This document shows positions 38,255 through 40,977 of a stretch of DNA of 40,977 bases, piece by piece. The notes beneath the pieces are model-generated. The model saw only the letters and a list, made by a program, of their open reading frames with translations, ran no database searches and was not told the origin of the DNA. The stretch is from a virus (taxonomy: Duplodnaviria; Caudoviricetes). Location: positions 1 through 40,977 of IMG/VR virus record IMGVR_UViG_3300017544_000279. One strand, written 5' to 3'. A program made the position numbers and the translations under genes. The first letter of the stretch is position 1; the number at the start of each line of letters is the position of its first letter.

Positions 38255-38860
38255 ATGAACGAAGAAATATATCAGCGCATCCAAGCGCAGCTGGAGCTAT
38301 TGGATTTATCCGAAAGGCGCGCCTCAATGGAGGCAGGCCTAGGGGCTGATGCAATTCGTGATATCCGCAGAAGGCAACATACACTACCTCGGCTGGATAC
38401 GTTGATTGCTCTGGCGAAGCCGCTTCGCACATCGGCGTCTTGGCTGGCCTTCGGCGAGGGCGATTCGCAGTCATTGCGCCCCCAGCAAGTTCCAATCGTT
38501 TCTCTTGTCGCCGCATCCCGCTTCGCAGATGTGCCTGCGGTCGTGAGCACTGACGATGCTCCGGTTTTGGGGGTTTCTGGCCTTCCCTCGGGTCAGTATA
38601 TCGGTCTTAGGGTGTCCGGAGACTCCATGGATCGAATTGCGCCTGATGGTTCGACGGTGGTCATTAACATCAGCGATCGCGAGCTTCGGCCTCGCAGCTT
38701 TTACGTATTCCGCCAAAGCGATAGCGCAACCTTCAAGCGATACATGGAGTGCCCTGCCCGGCTGGAGCCGTTCTCCACAAACCCGACGCATGAAGCCATC
38801 GCCATCGACAATGACATTGATGTCATCGGCCGAGCTGTCCGCGTGATAACAGATCTGTAG
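38255..38860 (+). CDS. cI: Phage CI-like repressor (XRE HTH + S24 peptidase)
   Basis: LSERRASMEAGLGADAIRDIRR..PRLDTL..LA..L..SASWLAFGEG; S24 motifs VSGDSM and TFKR; divergent from the lytic operon. Confidence 0.9.
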   Translation: MNEEIYQRIQAQLELLDLSERRASMEAGLGADAIRDIRRRQHTLPRLDTLIALAKPLRTSASWLAFGEGDSQSLRPQQVPIVSLVAASRFADVPAVVSTDDAPVLGVSGLPSGQYIGLRVSGDSMDRIAPDGSTVVINISDRELRPRSFYVFRQSDSATFKRYMECPARLEPFSTNPTHEAIAIDNDIDVIGRAVRVITDL

Positions 38861-38892
38861 TTGAAAGAGCCCACCGAACCATTGCTAAGTCG

Positions 38893-39051
38893 GCCAGTAT
38901 CAACTCTACTGGCGAAGGGGTACGGGCGGAGCGGAAGAAATTCCGCTGACTCTTTACGGGTCTTGGTTATCAAGCGAGGCGTTAGCCTCGGCAATCTGCC
39001 GCATTCGATCGAGTGCTTAGTTACCATGAGACGATGCGCTCGTACCCTCAT
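38893..39051 (+). ncRNA. Predicted structured RT-associated ncRNA (DRT10-like template RNA); ends approximate
   Basis: Hairpin 38893-38913; long-range stem 38917-38928/39037-39048 enclosing back-to-back hairpins (38930-38947 with GAAA loop, 38948-38962, 38963-38973, 38975-38990, 38991-38999, 39001-39016) and a 20-nt unpaired segment. Confidence 0.78.
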
Positions 39052-39073
39052 ATAGTTTGGGGGAGCAACAAAA

Positions 39074-39661
39074 TTGAACGCACATATAGGCGTCGCCGCC
39101 ACCAGTCAGAACATATGGCTAACAGCTAGAGTCCGCATGATATCAGAGCGGAAGGCTCGGCGGAGGAGCGCCACATCCCTCATCATTCTCACGTACTACT
39201 CGCTATTATCAGTCACGATTGGCATATTTAGCGAATTCTATAAGCATCACTATTCATATCTCGATCAAATAGGCGTCACATTTTCAGTCGTTGTTTTAGC
39301 GTCTTCTCTGGTTATTGCTGGATTCCGATTTGATCAAGCTGCAGAAGACTATCGCTCATGCTACCTCAAGCTCCAAAAGCTGAACAGCAGTGGCTTGCCC
39401 CCCGATCAAATTGAGGCCAAATATACCAATATTCTTGGTAGGTACCCCAATCACACCACTGCCGATTGGAACGATCTTATTGTCTATAGCAAATTTTTGT
39501 ACAAGAGCACCCTTAAGAACAATGCCGGAAACATAGATTGCTCCTTTCTATTGATTGCCGATTTCATTGCTCGTAAATTTTCTACTCTGCTGATCTTGGC
39601 CATCCTTATACTGTCGCCAATTTTTATACTTACCTGGCCGCTGATCGGGTTGATTCCATGA
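39074..39661 (+). CDS. SLATT-domain membrane protein (SLATT_5-like), putative defence effector
   Basis: GGGAG RBS and TTG start; IWLTARVRMISERK, two TM helices, F..AA..YR.CY..LQ, Y..IL..YPNH...D, extra C-terminal TM. Confidence 0.8.
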   Translation: MNAHIGVAATSQNIWLTARVRMISERKARRRSATSLIILTYYSLLSVTIGIFSEFYKHHYSYLDQIGVTFSVVVLASSLVIAGFRFDQAAEDYRSCYLKLQKLNSSGLPPDQIEAKYTNILGRYPNHTTADWNDLIVYSKFLYKSTLKNNAGNIDCSFLLIADFIARKFSTLLILAILILSPIFILTWPLIGLIP

Positions 39662-40977
39662 CTATACAGGCACCCGCCCCCGGCGACCCACTTGGTCCAG
39701 AGCTGCTAAAAGCGATCTTTCTGGAGCGAATTTCACTCACGGGAACGGTTGGGAAAGACGGCATTACGCCCCAGGCGTTCGGAAAGAACCTGGACGCAGA
39801 AGTCCAGTCTCTCGCGGCGAAAGCGGTGAGCGGCGAGTATCGCTTCACCCAATATAAGCAGAAGCTCATCCTGAAGGGCGCCAACAAGCCGCCCCGTGAG
39901 ATTTCAATCGCCACCGTTCGCGATAGAGTTGTGCTGAGGGCGATCACAAACTTCTTAGTATCTGTCTTTTCCGACAGAAGAATCGTTCCAGCGCACTACA
40001 TCGTGTCGGAAATAGCGGAAGCAATCCAGCATCTCGACGATGAATATTCGTTCGTACAGATAGACATCAGGGACTTTTACCCCACCGTCAATCACGATCT
40101 GCTCATTGAGCAGATCGGTCGCAGAGTTAAATCCGATGTGATTATCGATTTGGTGAAGAAGGCAATTCAAACCAATACAGGTCCAAAGGGCCCGGCCCGC
40201 AACGTCGGAATTCCTCAGGGGTTAAGTATATCTAATATATTATCTTCAATATACATGACACGATTCGATGACTTAATGCAAAAGAAGGGCTCGTATTACC
40301 GGTACGTCGATGACATCGTCACGATATGTAAAACAAAAACCGCCAAGAGAAAGCTTGGATACATCACTCAGAAGCTCAATGACATTGGACTAACATGTCA
40401 CGAGCCCAAAGCTAATAGCAAGACGAAGATATGCAAGCTCTCAGTTGGCATTGACTACCTCGGATATAGCATCCGTCCCGGCTATATATCGGTTAGAGCG
40501 TCATCATATAAAAGAATGATGGATAATATAATGGCTGTCATTTCTGCGGCGCGCCACACATCCAATCACGCCAAGGCCATTGCTCGGATCAACATTCGGA
40601 TTTCTGGATGCATCTTCGACGGGAGGCGCATGGGATGGATGTTCTTCTTTTCTATGACGCAGGACATAAGGCAGCTGCAGCGCCTGGATGATTTCGTTTT
40701 GAGCGCATGGACCAAGGCCGGCCTAGACAAATTTGGTACACCGAAGCGCTTCGTTAAAGCATACTACGAAATTCGATATAGGTTCGATCGGACAAAATAC
40801 ATACCGAAATTCGACGAATACGACATCGACCAGAAGTCAAAACTCATTGCTGACATTCTCAATAAGAGCTTGGCTGAAATTCAGACTTGGTCCGTAGAAA
40901 GTATTGAGCGGAAATTCCTTCAATTGGTAAAGAAGGAAGTTTCCAAGCTGGAGCAGGACGTAACGCCCATCAGCTAG
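39658..40977 (+). CDS. Defence-associated reverse transcriptase (UG17/DRT10-like)
   Basis: KGANKPPREISIATVRDR, DIRDFYPTVNH, GIPQGLSISNIL, YRYVDD (YVDD at 40303-40314), IDYLGY, C-terminal GWMFFFS extension; ATGA overlap with the SLATT gene. Confidence 0.9.
   Translation: MTIQAPAPGDPLGPELLKAIFLERISLTGTVGKDGITPQAFGKNLDAEVQSLAAKAVSGEYRFTQYKQKLILKGANKPPREISIATVRDRVVLRAITNFLVSVFSDRRIVPAHYIVSEIAEAIQHLDDEYSFVQIDIRDFYPTVNHDLLIEQIGRRVKSDVIIDLVKKAIQTNTGPKGPARNVGIPQGLSISNILSSIYMTRFDDLMQKKGSYYRYVDDIVTICKTKTAKRKLGYITQKLNDIGLTCHEPKANSKTKICKLSVGIDYLGYSIRPGYISVRASSYKRMMDNIMAVISAARHTSNHAKAIARINIRISGCIFDGRRMGWMFFFSMTQDIRQLQRLDDFVLSAWTKAGLDKFGTPKRFVKAYYEIRYRFDRTKYIPKFDEYDIDQKSKLIADILNKSLAEIQTWSVESIERKFLQLVKKEVSKLEQDVTPIS

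Larger units (their letters stand above)
1138..40977. mobile_element. Temperate prophage with lambda-like head and P2-like contractile tail; extends beyond the right edge (no integrase seen), left boundary approximate
   Basis: Continuous, largely translationally coupled immunity, replication, packaging, head, tail and lysis modules. Confidence 0.93.

Noticed and set aside
38861-38891. Dedicated promoter for the ncRNA (TTGAAA ... GCTAAGTC)
   Set aside because: Spacing to a plausible -10 is long and the match is weak; not supportable without transcription start data
39026-39036. DRT2/neo-like endless ORF in the predicted (CATCGTCT)n concatemer (stop-free RLIVSSSH repeat)
   Set aside because: The 8-nt unit has no start codon or promoter on that strand, and the opposite strand hits TGA at once; probably coincidental
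38861-39055. 64-aa ORF over the structured region, and minus-strand ORF 38701-39102
   Set aside because: No RBS or recognisable motif; the dense base-pairing is better explained by an ncRNA
38861-40977. Interpretation as retron, DGR, group II intron, CRISPR-RT or poly-dA DRT9
   Set aside because: No VTG motif or long msd hairpin, no TR/VR repeat pair noticed, no intron domain V or maturase, no cas genes or array, and no unpaired poly-U tract in the RNA. A phylogeny is still needed for a firm call

Overview
Almost the whole window is one temperate prophage with GC-rich, alphaproteobacterial-like codon usage. It is encoded mostly on the minus strand. Read right to left it carries: a cI repressor with a cluster of palindromic operators, a CII-like gene and small early genes, a C5 DNA methyltransferase, a Zn-finger/TOPRIM primase, a P4/D5-type helicase followed by an iteron-rich putative origin, a lambda-like packaging and head module, a P2-like contractile tail, a lysis cassette, an HTH-metallophosphoesterase plus dNMP kinase pair, and a GT8 glycosyltransferase at the left edge. 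No integrase is inside the window. The most notable element is an AT-richer cassette directly downstream of cI (38861-40977): a ~160-200 nt highly structured non-coding segment, a SLATT-type membrane protein, and a translationally coupled YVDD reverse transcriptase. This ncRNA-SLATT-RT layout matches the DRT10/UG17 class of defence-associated RTs, reported to make tandem-repeat cDNA in a telomerase-like way. The predicted RNA has one unpaired 20-nt segment containing A-B-A' motifs (AUG-AGACG-AUG and UUA-G-UUA) that are candidate templates. All family assignments come from motif recognition and gene order by eye, not database searches.
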